From: Barthelona sp. PCE
Lineage: Eukaryota
NCBI GenBank assembly: GCA_040285745.1
Contig: JAUFOR010000001.1
Coordinates: 868,001-932,000 of the forward strand
Direction: 5' to 3'
Length of the DNA: 64,000 nucleotides
In this document: positions 50,071 to 60,179 of the stretch, piece after piece
Layout: the number at the start of each line of letters is the position of its first letter
Position numbering within the stretch: the first letter of the stretch is position 1
Made by a program: the position numbers and the translations under genes
The notes under the pieces: generated by a model
Database searches by the model: none
Seen by the model: only the letters and a program-made list of their open reading frames with translations
Told to the model about the DNA's origin: nothing

Positions 50071-51110
50071 ATGTCTCAAGGGTTCGATTTTTCTTTGGCA
50101 GCACGGTATGGACTTCAAACGCGATGCGGCTCGCGATATAAGCAACTCACCCACACATGCATTGCATTACATGCACCCACAACAGTGTAGAAGGGATGGA
50201 GGCATGCCTGCAGAGCCCAAAAAGGGCTAGGCAGGATGAAGGGAGTGGAGGCAATCATTGCCTGCACCTTTCCTATTCAACGCCGCAAGCACTCGCACAT
50301 CAAAGCTCTCTAACTTTTAGCAATGCCTTCTTGGACGGCAAAGGAATCAAACAGCCAAACACAATGAAAACAGGAACAACAATTGTTGGTATAAGATTAA
50401 AGGACTGCGTCATTCTTGGTGCAGATACTCGTGCCACTAAGGGCTCCACCGTCGCAGACAAGAACTGTGAGAAGCTCCACTATCTCGCACCTAACATTTA
50501 CTGTGCAGGAGCAGGAACTGCAGCTGATGCCCATCACATCACACGATTAATCTCTAAGAACCTCGGCCTACACAGACTTGAAAGCAGCAGGCCTTCCCGT
50601 GTCGTTACGGCAATGACAATGCTCAGACAGCGTTTATTCAGACATATGGGTCATATTCAAGCTGCTCTGGTTCTGGGTGGATACGACCCCATCGATGGGC
50701 CAAGCCTGCTCAGTATCTCCCCACACGGTTCAGTGCACACACCTCCTTTTGTAACAATGGGTAGTGGCTCACTTTGCGCAATGTCTGTGTTTGAGAGAGG
50801 TTATGCAAACACCCTCACCGAGGAGGAAGGCGTCCAGCTCGTCAAGCGCGCCATTCTCAGTGGTATTATCAACGATATGGGTAGCGGATCCAACGTTGAT
50901 GTATGCGTCATTCGAGGCATCGATGATATCACATACATGCGTAACGTTGAGACCCCAGTGCGCCCCAGGTATCAGCACCCTACGCCTCTAAAGCTCATTG
51001 GTATGGAGATCGTCAGTGATGAAACACGCCCTGTCTTTGCGATGAAACGTCATGAAGTACCAGCTGCTCCAGTTGCTGTTGATGAGAACGAGATGGAGGG
51101 AACAGAGTAA
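50071..51110 (+). CDS. PSMB7: 20S proteasome beta-2 subunit; two exons (50071-50105, 50321-51110)
   Basis: Splicing gives [20 protein letters not shown]...[15 protein letters not shown] and GSGSNVD motifs. Confidence 0.93.
50106..50320 (+). other. Spliceosomal intron, 215 nt, phase 2
   Basis: GTATGG...CTCTAACTTTTAG; removal restores the conserved GF.F....RN propeptide. Confidence 0.88.
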
Positions 51111-51140
51111 TGAGGTTTTACTAAATAAATGAATCTGATT

Positions 51141-54100
51141 TTAATAGTGGCTGTTGAGCATATCACCAAGCCTGTAATTCCCGCTCAAATCAACAGTGAG
51201 GAAGACACTTCGATGATTGGAGGTCATCTCCAAATCGCTGTAGAAGAGTTCGCACATCTTATCGTACCACTTCTCGTTGAGATGGAGCGTTTGTGATGTG
51301 GAAACCTTGTATTCAAACACCTCGCTGAGATAGAATGGATGAAGGCAGAAGCATCTACGTGAGCGAATAAAACATACTGTGCCTGTCTGGACATGTACAA
51401 AAACACACGCTCCTGTGTGCACCGCAGCGTGCCCTAATAATACTTTGGGCAATGAGGCATCCACAAATGTCTGGCAGTGCAAACAGAAGTATATATCTTT
51501 CAGCCGATTGTTATCGTAGCCCATACGCTCGATAAAACTCTTTGCATCCTTTAGCAGAAGATCCCACGTTGCCGGCAGCAGCTCCTTATTGGGAAGGCGG
51601 GCTACAGTAAGATTTGGTGGTGCATGAGCAACGCACTCTGTATCGAAAATATTGGTACAGAAATCGAATCGCTTGAAGCGAGAACGCGTCTCGTGGTCGA
51701 CCATAACGCGCAGATCTGTAATGTCCTCGTCAAGACAAGACAAAATTATAGCGTCCTGAAGGGTAAGAACATTATTCTCATCAATAAGCTCCAAAAAATC
51801 GTTTTTGAACATTGCAATGTGGAACTGCATTGCTCGCTGCAGAACAATCAAGATCAGCTCCTCACGGCGCTTGATGGGATCCTCCCTGAGCACCCAGTCG
51901 ACAAAGTAGTCCACCAGCAACTTGGTAACCTTACCGTAATCTATCTCGTTTCTTAACGTGGCGTCCCTGAAGGTCTGGTCGGTGTAAGCAATATGACTCC
52001 AATTGAAGTCCACCTCTCTGTCGTCTATTCTGACATGACGCAGATCATGGTCCATCACGCTAAGACTCTGCGCGTGAAACTGGGGTAGCAAAGGGAGGGT
52101 GCAGTCACTGAATCGACCACAGGTTGGGCACTCCGTGGCAGAGTCGTTGTGACTTCTAAAGTGCTTCCTGAAACACGATAGGTGCATCATGTGGCCGCAT
52201 GGGCGGAATGATGTGAGGATCTTGCCATAGCAGTCGACGGGGGTGACGCTGCCAAGTATGACAACAACGTTGTCGATCAACTTATCATACGACAAGTCCA
52301 TGATCTCGTGGCAAATGGGGCACGTCTCGAGCTCATCGACGCAGTTAATGTACTCGTGGTTCATGTCGGCCTCAGCAACCTCCTCCATCTCCTCGAGCGG
52401 GAACTGGCTCAAAAGAGCCTCAAGATCGTTGTCGAACTGCCTCGAAACTAACTGCTGGACGTCCTTCGTCTCCTCGTTCGCCTTGAACAGGGAGCGGCCG
52501 CGCTTCCTCAAAGAAGGGAGCCTGGCCAACACCGAGGCATGGTCAAACGTGAAGTGCTCGCTCAAATGAACTATATTTACGTGCAGTGTTCTGATGAGCA
52601 TAGGATCAAGATGTTCAAGCACAGCGTCGATCTCTAGCAGATCAAATACGTCAGTGCCGTACTTGACGAGCTCGAGAGAAATACGGAACAAAGAAGCATA
52701 ACCTTCCTCCAACGACCTCTTCAAAACAGAAATATCTCTTGTGTTATCCTTGTCTGTGGCATCGATTCCCTCAATCTCAGCATGCAATTCCATCAGGAAC
52801 ACGGCAGTAAGAGAAACCATGTTGATGGTGTGCTCTGAAATGCTGTTAAAGTAATCATCAGACACAAACTTCTCCAACGGAATCCTAACCAGTTCGTCAA
52901 AGAGTTCTGTATCCATCTGCACATCTGGGAGATCTGAGTCACCCTTTGCGATTCTCTCAATGTGCTTAATGGTATCCATCGCGCTGTTTCGGATGAAAGC
53001 GCCGAAATCACACATTGCCTTAGACACATCCGTCAACTCAAGACACGGTGCCCTTCCGTACACGTCATGCGGCTCCAGATTCCAGAGGTCTCCAAGCGTG
53101 CGCTCGTCCTCCCTGGTGTATTCAAAGTTGTAGGAGGATAAACGGAGAAGAAGGGGTGTGGACTTTGTCATCGAGATCATCTGCGACAAAAAGAAGCGCG
53201 TGAAGTGAAGTGAATTCTCAACAAACATCTGAGGGGTCAGCGTCGTCATGATCATATTCAACGGCAAGAACGAACGGGCTGAAGGGAGCATGTCAAAAGC
53301 GTCGAGCATCAAATCAATGCATGATGGGAGCAGCAAGTGCATGATGGTTCGCGGGACTGCGACTGTACATGCGCTCTCGACAACGGTGAAGTTGTTCAGG
53401 TACGTGACGGCCTCAGATCTCAAGAACTTCATGATTTCGTCTGTAGAGTCGATCATCATGTGGTGATACACAAGGATGGGGTGTATGACAATGCGGAAAA
53501 ATCGGCGCTTGTAGTCGGTAGTCATGTGTGGAATCAATGGCAATAACACCATGTGTGGGACCAGCATGAGGGGCCATGAACGACGCTCGTCGAGAATACC
53601 GAATAGCTCCTTCTGCATCATGTCCTTAGTGAATATGAACTCCTTTGACACCGCTAACAAACGCTGTTGGATGGCGAAACGCTGCTCGTTCGAAAGCTGG
53701 CGGTCAAAATCAATCTCTTCGACGGTCTTAGCCACAAGGTCGTACTTGTTCAGTACTTCCTGTTTGAGCTGCTTACGCGGCGTTTCAGCCTCTGGGGTCT
53801 TCCTCCAGCACTTCAAAAGTCGCAGCAAACAAGTGGTGACCAGATTGCCCTGGTGGCGCTGCATGAGATCAATTAAAAAGTTGAATCTGGACGAGGCTGT
53901 GAGCGGCGGGGTCTCCATGAACGGGGCTGGGAAAACATCAAAGAGATAAATAGAAAAGAAATCAACTACTCTTGTGAATATGAAGATACTCTCGTTGTCT
54001 GTTCCATAATAGAAGTTCTGTGCCCATGACTTATGCTCGCTGAGAACGTGGATGTAATTGAGAACGATCCTAAAGTTCTTAATGAGATATGTCTTTGAAT

Positions 54101-55145
54101 TCTGGAACTTGTTCAACAAAGACAGCGTCGTGTGGTATGAAGAGTTCTCATTCTCCGTCAACCAATCCTCCCACTGATCTTCCCGGCGGTACTCAGGTTC
54201 TACCGGATCGTCCTCATGCAATAAATTGTGATAGAAGACAACCAGCAAGACGCGAAGGTGAATGTTGAAAATCGGATCTCTTAACGCATCCCGCATCTGC
54301 TCTGAGTGCAGGTACTGTATGGTGATCGAGTCCAGGATACTACGCAGCGGCATATGCTTGTTCTGCATTATGTGTAAGCTAGCTTCGAGATGGAACCTGA
54401 AATACGGTTTGATAGAGTTGACTATTGCAACGGGGTTGGAAAGAAGGATGATAAAGAACTGACGGAACTCCTTTATATTCCTCTTGTTAATATCACACAG
54501 ATTAATAAAAATCTCATCATAATCATCCTCTGTCATATAGTCACACATGAGCACTTTGGCATACTCGCTCACCGAAAACAACTTCTTCATCCTTCTGAAG
54601 AATGGAACCATATCATGCGTCATGTGTTTCGCATTAACGAAGGCATCCAAAAGAGTTTCATATAACGTTCTTACATACTCTGCTAAATATTGGAATCCAT
54701 CCTCTTCGAGACAGTCCATCGCAATCTGCTTGAGCTGCCCGGCGGTAATAGGGCGATGCTTAGCACAGCATCCTGAAGGGTCAATTAATTCAGATCCGCA
54801 GTCACAAGCACCGCTTCCTCCAAGGTATCTGGAGACGTCATGGCCCTCATGCCGTGATGGGTCGAAACATTCATCACAGAAAACCACTGTCCCTAAACCC
54901 ATATTGCATGTGTGACAAATAAAAATGTAGGTATCTTCAGTGAGTGGCTTCCAACAGACGGATCGTCTGTTGCTCCTCTCAAGATCGGTGCAAATGGTAT
55001 CAAAATCACCGTATTCCCATTCAGGAACTGTGAAGTCTGAAAGTAAGACTTCTCTCTCGCCGAAGTGCATATCTCCCAAGAGCTGACGAAGCAAACCCAT
55101 GGGAACGCCCTGATCGGCTGCAATTTGTTCCAAAAGCGCTTCCAT
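51141..55145 (-). CDS. UBR-box / RING E3 ubiquitin ligase (UBR1-like N-recognin)
   Basis: UBR box (CHTC...CDECF...HEGH...GACDCG), RING (CPIC...CGHMMHLSC...CPTC), C-terminal CLHC. Confidence 0.88.
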   Translation of the reverse strand: MEALLEQIAADQGVPMGLLRQLLGDMHFGEREVLLSDFTVPEWEYGDFDTICTDLERSNRRSVCWKPLTEDTYIFICHTCNMGLGTVVFCDECFDPSRHEGHDVSRYLGGSGACDCGSELIDPSGCCAKHRPITAGQLKQIAMDCLEEDGFQYLAEYVRTLYETLLDAFVNAKHMTHDMVPFFRRMKKLFSVSEYAKVLMCDYMTEDDYDEIFINLCDINKRNIKEFRQFFIILLSNPVAIVNSIKPYFRFHLEASLHIMQNKHMPLRSILDSITIQYLHSEQMRDALRDPIFNIHLRVLLVVFYHNLLHEDDPVEPEYRREDQWEDWLTENENSSYHTTLSLLNKFQNSKTYLIKNFRIVLNYIHVLSEHKSWAQNFYYGTDNESIFIFTRVVDFFSIYLFDVFPAPFMETPPLTASSRFNFLIDLMQRHQGNLVTTCLLRLLKCWRKTPEAETPRKQLKQEVLNKYDLVAKTVEEIDFDRQLSNEQRFAIQQRLLAVSKEFIFTKDMMQKELFGILDERRSWPLMLVPHMVLLPLIPHMTTDYKRRFFRIVIHPILVYHHMMIDSTDEIMKFLRSEAVTYLNNFTVVESACTVAVPRTIMHLLLPSCIDLMLDAFDMLPSARSFLPLNMIMTTLTPQMFVENSLHFTRFFLSQMISMTKSTPLLLRLSSYNFEYTREDERTLGDLWNLEPHDVYGRAPCLELTDVSKAMCDFGAFIRNSAMDTIKHIERIAKGDSDLPDVQMDTELFDELVRIPLEKFVSDDYFNSISEHTINMVSLTAVFLMELHAEIEGIDATDKDNTRDISVLKRSLEEGYASLFRISLELVKYGTDVFDLLEIDAVLEHLDPMLIRTLHVNIVHLSEHFTFDHASVLARLPSLRKRGRSLFKANEETKDVQQLVSRQFDNDLEALLSQFPLEEMEEVAEADMNHEYINCVDELETCPICHEIMDLSYDKLIDNVVVILGSVTPVDCYGKILTSFRPCGHMMHLSCFRKHFRSHNDSATECPTCGRFSDCTLPLLPQFHAQSLSVMDHDLRHVRIDDREVDFNWSHIAYTDQTFRDATLRNEIDYGKVTKLLVDYFVDWVLREDPIKRREELILIVLQRAMQFHIAMFKNDFLELIDENNVLTLQDAIILSCLDEDITDLRVMVDHETRSRFKRFDFCTNIFDTECVAHAPPNLTVARLPNKELLPATWDLLLKDAKSFIERMGYDNNRLKDIYFCLHCQTFVDASLPKVLLGHAAVHTGACVFVHVQTGTVCFIRSRRCFCLHPFYLSEVFEYKVSTSQTLHLNEKWYDKMCELFYSDLEMTSNHRSVFLTVDLSGNYRLGDMLNSHY

Positions 55146-55299
55146 TTAGGTTATAAAGATGAAAAATTACAAATCGGGCATTTATGATGGGACACATACG
55201 GCATATATGGCTATCTGTGGGTGCTTGCTTCTAAAGGTTTTGCATTGGAAACAACAACATAAGAACATCAATTTCTCATTTTCTAACTCCTTTCATCAT

Positions 55300-55584
55300 A
55301 TGTCCATTTGTAAGTTGCAATTCAGGGTCCATGGGCGTGTTCAGGGTGTTTTCTTCAGGAAGTATACCAAGCAGTACTGCGACAAACACAATATTCCCGG
55401 TTGGGTAATGAATGATGCTGATGGTACCGTTTGCGGCGAGGCTTATGGAACTAAGCAGACACTCCGCCGCTTCGTAACACGATATTTATCCAGGGGATCA
55501 CGAAGAGCTAACGTAACGAGTGTTGATGAAGTCTACATAAATGTTGATGATGTACCGACAACCAGCTTCCATATCCATCGGTAG
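55300..55584 (+). CDS. Acylphosphatase
   Basis: VHGRVQGVFFR and GWVMN; likely start at 55300. Confidence 0.9.
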   Translation: MSICKLQFRVHGRVQGVFFRKYTKQYCDKHNIPGWVMNDADGTVCGEAYGTKQTLRRFVTRYLSRGSRRANVTSVDEVYINVDDVPTTSFHIHR

Positions 55585-55615
55585 AACAATACTAACACTT
55601 TACAATACACAGGGA

Positions 55616-56908
55616 CTAATGCTCACCGTAGTAAGCATCGGCCAGAGGAACTTCAGCACGACTCTTGAGAGTAGGCATCTTGATGAACACGTTCTTAATC
55701 ATCTCAAGACATTCGTCAAGCTCCTCGTCTGTGATGACAAGAGGAGGGGCAAAACGGATGATATGAGAGTGAGTGGGCTTGGCAAGAAGTCCAGCATCAG
55801 CGAGACAGAGACAGACGTCGGTGGCAGTCAAGCCGTTCTCAAGCGGCTCAATAACAACAGCGTTCAGTGCACCCAAGCCGCGGACTTCAGTAATGAAGGG
55901 GCACTCCTTGGCCAGATTTGTCATGAAAGCGCGGAAACGCTCTCCAATATGCTTGGCTTTGTTGGCCAAATCTTCTTGCTCCATGATATCAAGAGATCCG
56001 ATACCGATGGCGCATGCAAGGGGATTACCTCCATAAGTGGAACCGTGCGTTCCAGGTGTGAATGCTGCACCAATCTCCTTACTACACAAAACGGCAGAAA
56101 GAGGAATCATACCACCAGAGATGGCCTTTGCAATGGTAACAATATCAGGACGAACACCCCAGTTTGAGATAGCAAGCGGCTCACCGCATCGACAACAACC
56201 TGACTGAATTTCGTCAGCAATGAGTAAAACGTCAAACTCATCACAGAGAGCACGAACACCAGGCCAATAATCAGAATCAGGAACAAAGACACCTGCTTCA
56301 CCTTGAACGGGCTCACCGATGAAACCAACAATGCGGTCACCGTGCTCCTCAAAGACTGCGCGGAGGGCAGACAGGTCGTTATAAGGAACCTTGAGGATAC
56401 CAGGAACAGCGGGACCGAAACCTTTGAAACAGTCAGGATCATCACTCATAGAGATGGCCAGAACGGAACGTCCGTGGAAGCATCCCTCACAACAAACAAA
56501 AAGACGATCCTTTTCAGGAACCTTACGCTGCATGTGAGCGACACATAACTTATAAGCGGTTTCGACGGCCTCAACACCAGAGTTCATGGGAACTACGAGG
56601 TCATAACCGAAAAACTTAGTAATCTTCTCACAGAAAACAGGGAAAACAGAATTATGAAAAGCGCGGGAAGAAAGTACCATCTTAGTACATTGTTCCTGCA
56701 TAATCTTAACAAGTTTGGGGTGACAGTGTCCCATATTTTGGGCGGAATAGGCACTTAAAAAGTCGTAGAACTCCTTTCCTTCAGGGTTGGTAACCTTGAC
56801 GGCTCCTGTCTCTCCGTTCTTGACGATATCATCGAAAACGATGGGGAGAGGGTGGTAGTTGTGTGTGCTATACTCGCCTTCCTTGTGAATAAGTTCAGAA
56901 CTGGACAT
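55616..56908 (-). CDS. OAT: Ornithine aminotransferase
   Basis: HNYHPLP, DFLSAYSA, EPVQGEAG, DEIQSG, HGSTYGGNPL. Confidence 0.93.
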   Translation of the reverse strand: MSSSELIHKEGEYSTHNYHPLPIVFDDIVKNGETGAVKVTNPEGKEFYDFLSAYSAQNMGHCHPKLVKIMQEQCTKMVLSSRAFHNSVFPVFCEKITKFFGYDLVVPMNSGVEAVETAYKLCVAHMQRKVPEKDRLFVCCEGCFHGRSVLAISMSDDPDCFKGFGPAVPGILKVPYNDLSALRAVFEEHGDRIVGFIGEPVQGEAGVFVPDSDYWPGVRALCDEFDVLLIADEIQSGCCRCGEPLAISNWGVRPDIVTIAKAISGGMIPLSAVLCSKEIGAAFTPGTHGSTYGGNPLACAIGIGSLDIMEQEDLANKAKHIGERFRAFMTNLAKECPFITEVRGLGALNAVVIEPLENGLTATDVCLCLADAGLLAKPTHSHIIRFAPPLVITDEELDECLEMIKNVFIKMPTLKSRAEVPLADAYYGEH

Positions 56909-57021
56909 TTAAATTGATAGAGGTTATATTAGTGTTTGCGAGTTTTTTAACTGAAACTAGCTACTAGTGGCATAATAAAGCTGGGTCAATGACTGTAAAT
57001 AGAGAAATAAGAAAGTTGGGT

Positions 57022-57408
57022 TTACCTAATCATATTATATAAACGTAACCCAAATTTAAGCACTGTTTCCCACCAATCCCATGCCTTCTGATCTGTTTGT
57101 GAACTGTTCCTAATGCATAACAAATTCAAAAAGGTTATAAAGAACAAAAACAAAGTTTTTTTGAGCAGAGACAAAATAGTTCTTCTAGATGTTAGCGCGG
57201 GTGCTTTTTGTTGTGAGATGTTCAGTATAAGCAAATAATAGCCACAAAATGGTTGTACGAGGAAAAAATACAAGAGCAGGCAAATTGCGAAAACGCTAAA
57301 AATTGCAGTACCCAGTGGCGCGTTTGCAAATATAACCCCCCAAAAGAAACCTATTCCAAAACAAAGAAGAAACACTGTTTTTGAATTTCTCCGCCCTTTT
57401 CGTGTCAT
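57022..57408 (-). CDS. Small hydrophobic hypothetical protein
   Basis: 128-aa ATG-started ORF with TM-like segments filling a gap; no recognised motif. Confidence 0.4.
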   Translation of the reverse strand: MTRKGRRNSKTVFLLCFGIGFFWGVIFANAPLGTAIFSVFAICLLLYFFLVQPFCGYYLLILNISQQKAPALTSRRTILSLLKKTLFLFFITFLNLLCIRNSSQTDQKAWDWWETVLKFGLRLYNMIR

Positions 57409-57573
57409 AGGTCTATCCGCAAGCAGAAGAACTGTACACTTTACATGTTAAACATAGATACAAGCAACCTAGGAGGATTTACTAGCTTTACACCTCAAGC
57501 GAAAACTTTGCTTTCATCTTTGTTCTTTCAATTCATTACCCAAACAGAAACCCAGTCGTTCATACAGACTACA

Positions 57574-59112
57574 ATGTCAGATCTGGAAAAAGGTAAAAGA
57601 ATTCAAACATCTAGCAACTCTTTTATACTCACACCACCTACTTCACCACAGAGACCCCACGTCAGTCTGGATCAGGTTGCACGTAAGCTGTACCCTGAGA
57701 GCCCAATCAGAAAGAGAAGCAACCTATCAATGTCAGACAATACAGATGTAGGTGCGGGCATATCAGCAAAACTACTCGGTGCCGAAGATTCCCCACTGAA
57801 GCCTGAAGGGATGCTCAAGTGCTTTCCTCGTGAGGCTGTTCTTGAGGATGACCTTGTTACAGAAGTCACAGGGTTTGTTGAGCTGGTTGAAGCAAGTGCC
57901 ATTGATGGCCTTATCTCTGTTGAGATTGCGCAGGAGGTTTTCACTGACTACCTTGAGCTCCCAGGATGGATTGCACACGGTCTTTCTGGTCTGAAGAAAA
58001 AATTAAACGACACAACGATCCCATCACGTGAGTTTTTAGAATTCTGCACTTCGCTCGTACAGTACGTAGATGAGCCTAACGATCGTTTCTTCTACACATT
58101 GCTCACAGGCGGAAGTAGAAGGCACCTGATGCAGCTTTTCAAAGAGTCCAGACTGGACGAGGTAGTGCTTTTGGAGCCTAAAAAGCTTCTTCCGTTCATG
58201 TTTGGGCTTGTCAAGAACCACGTAGGGCTCGATTTCCTGCAGGGAACGATGGAATTCCAATCAAAATACGCATGGACCATCATTGTCCGGATCTTCCTGG
58301 AATTGGGTAATAGCAGCAAAGGATTGGTCAGGGGTTTGTCTTTGCGCGACTTTAGGCGGCGACCGGACTTCCTTTCGGTCTGCCATGATGTAGATCGCGT
58401 AGACGACATCAACAAGATAACGGAGTTCTTTAACTATGAGCACTTTTACGTGTTGTACTGTAAGTTCTGGGAGCTGGACACCCGAAAGAAGTTCAAGCTC
58501 ACAAAGGTTGACTTCAAATCGTTTGAGTCTTTCACCCTCAGTGACATGCTGGTCAATCGCATATTTAGACAAGAGCTCTTCCCGTTCGGTTCTTTCTCTG
58601 AGCTTGAAACCTTTTATTTCACCGAAGAGGCACTCAAGCAACATGATTACAACCCCAATGCCAAACATACCGAAATGCACTACAGTGATTGGTGCTACTT
58701 TTTCCTGATGTACAACAACTCCAATTGTCCCATCGCAAAGCGGTTCTTCTTCAACGCCCTCGATGTCGAGGGGTACGACAGACTCATTACAATGTCCCTA
58801 CAGGCTTTGTGGCGTGATTTGTCAAACAAAATCGCAGATTTTCTTGGTGAGCAGGTGCATTTCCAGGATGTGCTCTGTCAGGCATACGACATGCTTGGAA
58901 TCCATGAGGAGCGGAGCCACCTGACAGTGGAAGACATCGTCGACCACCCATACGGTGGTGACGTCTTGTCTTTTTTTTACAGTGCGAACAAATTCGTTGA
59001 TTTCGAGTGTCAAGACCCTATTAGACAGCGTCTGAACAGCGAGGACAGCGATTGGACACACTACTGCAGGATTGAATACGAACGCCTGGCTGCAGAGGAA
59101 GAATCAAATTAG
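57574..59112 (+). CDS. PP2A regulatory subunit B'' (PR72 family)
   Basis: H.GLDFL..T.EFQ.KY, DINKI..FFNYEHFYVLYCKFWELD, EYERL; likely start at 57574. Confidence 0.92.
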   Translation: MSDLEKGKRIQTSSNSFILTPPTSPQRPHVSLDQVARKLYPESPIRKRSNLSMSDNTDVGAGISAKLLGAEDSPLKPEGMLKCFPREAVLEDDLVTEVTGFVELVEASAIDGLISVEIAQEVFTDYLELPGWIAHGLSGLKKKLNDTTIPSREFLEFCTSLVQYVDEPNDRFFYTLLTGGSRRHLMQLFKESRLDEVVLLEPKKLLPFMFGLVKNHVGLDFLQGTMEFQSKYAWTIIVRIFLELGNSSKGLVRGLSLRDFRRRPDFLSVCHDVDRVDDINKITEFFNYEHFYVLYCKFWELDTRKKFKLTKVDFKSFESFTLSDMLVNRIFRQELFPFGSFSELETFYFTEEALKQHDYNPNAKHTEMHYSDWCYFFLMYNNSNCPIAKRFFFNALDVEGYDRLITMSLQALWRDLSNKIADFLGEQVHFQDVLCQAYDMLGIHEERSHLTVEDIVDHPYGGDVLSFFYSANKFVDFECQDPIRQRLNSEDSDWTHYCRIEYERLAAEEESN

Positions 59113-59132
59113 TAAAAAAGGTTTTTACTCAA

Positions 59133-60104
59133 CTAATCAACAAAGTATCCCATGATATCTGAGACTGTGATCAGCTTATGGATAGTACCGTCAGCCTTGA
59201 GCATAACAACGCGGTGAATTCTCTGTTTCGCAATAATTGACATAGCTTCCTCCAGTGTGGCAGTCTGCTCAATAACAACGAGACCCTCGTCGCTATCCAC
59301 CCTGAAGCTTAGGAGATCGTCTACCGTTAAGTTTGTGCTGTGAATCTCCTTAGAGCGATAGAAAAAGAGCAAAAGTGAACTTTTGGACACCAACTCAATT
59401 ACACAACCATTTCCGTCAACAACAGGAAGTACAGAAATGCGCTTGTCGATAAAGAGCTTCATTGTATCAATTAAAAGGTCCTCACACCGAATAGAGATAA
59501 TATCTTGCGCTACGGTTCCGATCGGTAAAGAATCCAGCAATTGCGCAAGTATTTCTCCTCTACGTCGGTATTTTGACACAAGGAACCTGATGATACGCCT
59601 GTGGCTGATGATATGCAAGACATTATCCTTATTCTTTGATAGGACAGGAAGCCTGTGCTTCTTGTTGGTCTCTAGAGTGATTAAACTATCAAATAGTGTC
59701 GTGTCAGGGAGGGCGTGGAAGATATCGTTTGCTTGCGCAAGGTTCTCACCAATAACAGCCCTCCGCAGCCCATCATGCCAACTGCACTCATCTGTGATTG
59801 CGTCAAACGCTATGATAGCCACCTTTATAATGTCTGTAATGGTGCACATGGCCTGGATACGTGATTCCATACTGTTCCAAATGGGAGCAGAGCTAAGTTC
59901 ATTCTCACCTAGGGCAAAAACAACGTCTAAGTAACTTAAATTGCTGTCCAAGACGATAACCTTGCCTGAGTCGGGGATAAGATCGAAAGTTGTGTACCCG
60001 CGAAGGAATTTTTGAATTGGTTTCCTATCATCAGTTTCTCGATGCTCTGTGGTAGGAGCATCCTCGTCGCTGCTGTAACCCAGTTGGAGGTCGGGTTGTG
60101 GCAT
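59133..60104 (-). CDS. AMPK gamma / SNF4 CBS-domain subunit
   Basis: FDLIPDSGKVIVLD, SAPIW, HRLPV, four CBS repeats; start MPQPD. Confidence 0.9.
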   Translation of the reverse strand: MPQPDLQLGYSSDEDAPTTEHRETDDRKPIQKFLRGYTTFDLIPDSGKVIVLDSNLSYLDVVFALGENELSSAPIWNSMESRIQAMCTITDIIKVAIIAFDAITDECSWHDGLRRAVIGENLAQANDIFHALPDTTLFDSLITLETNKKHRLPVLSKNKDNVLHIISHRRIIRFLVSKYRRRGEILAQLLDSLPIGTVAQDIISIRCEDLLIDTMKLFIDKRISVLPVVDGNGCVIELVSKSSLLLFFYRSKEIHSTNLTVDDLLSFRVDSDEGLVVIEQTATLEEAMSIIAKQRIHRVVMLKADGTIHKLITVSDIMGYFVD

Positions 60105-60179
60105 CGTGCAAATTCGTAACCCTCGAAATAAAAGAAAGAAAGAAAGCAAAAGCGAAGAACTGTTTCTTTCCTTTCACAT

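Noticed and set aside
50157-50320. ORF-track N-terminus (MHCITC...) of the proteasome subunit
   Set aside because: It lies inside the intron; the spliced model restores the conserved propeptide
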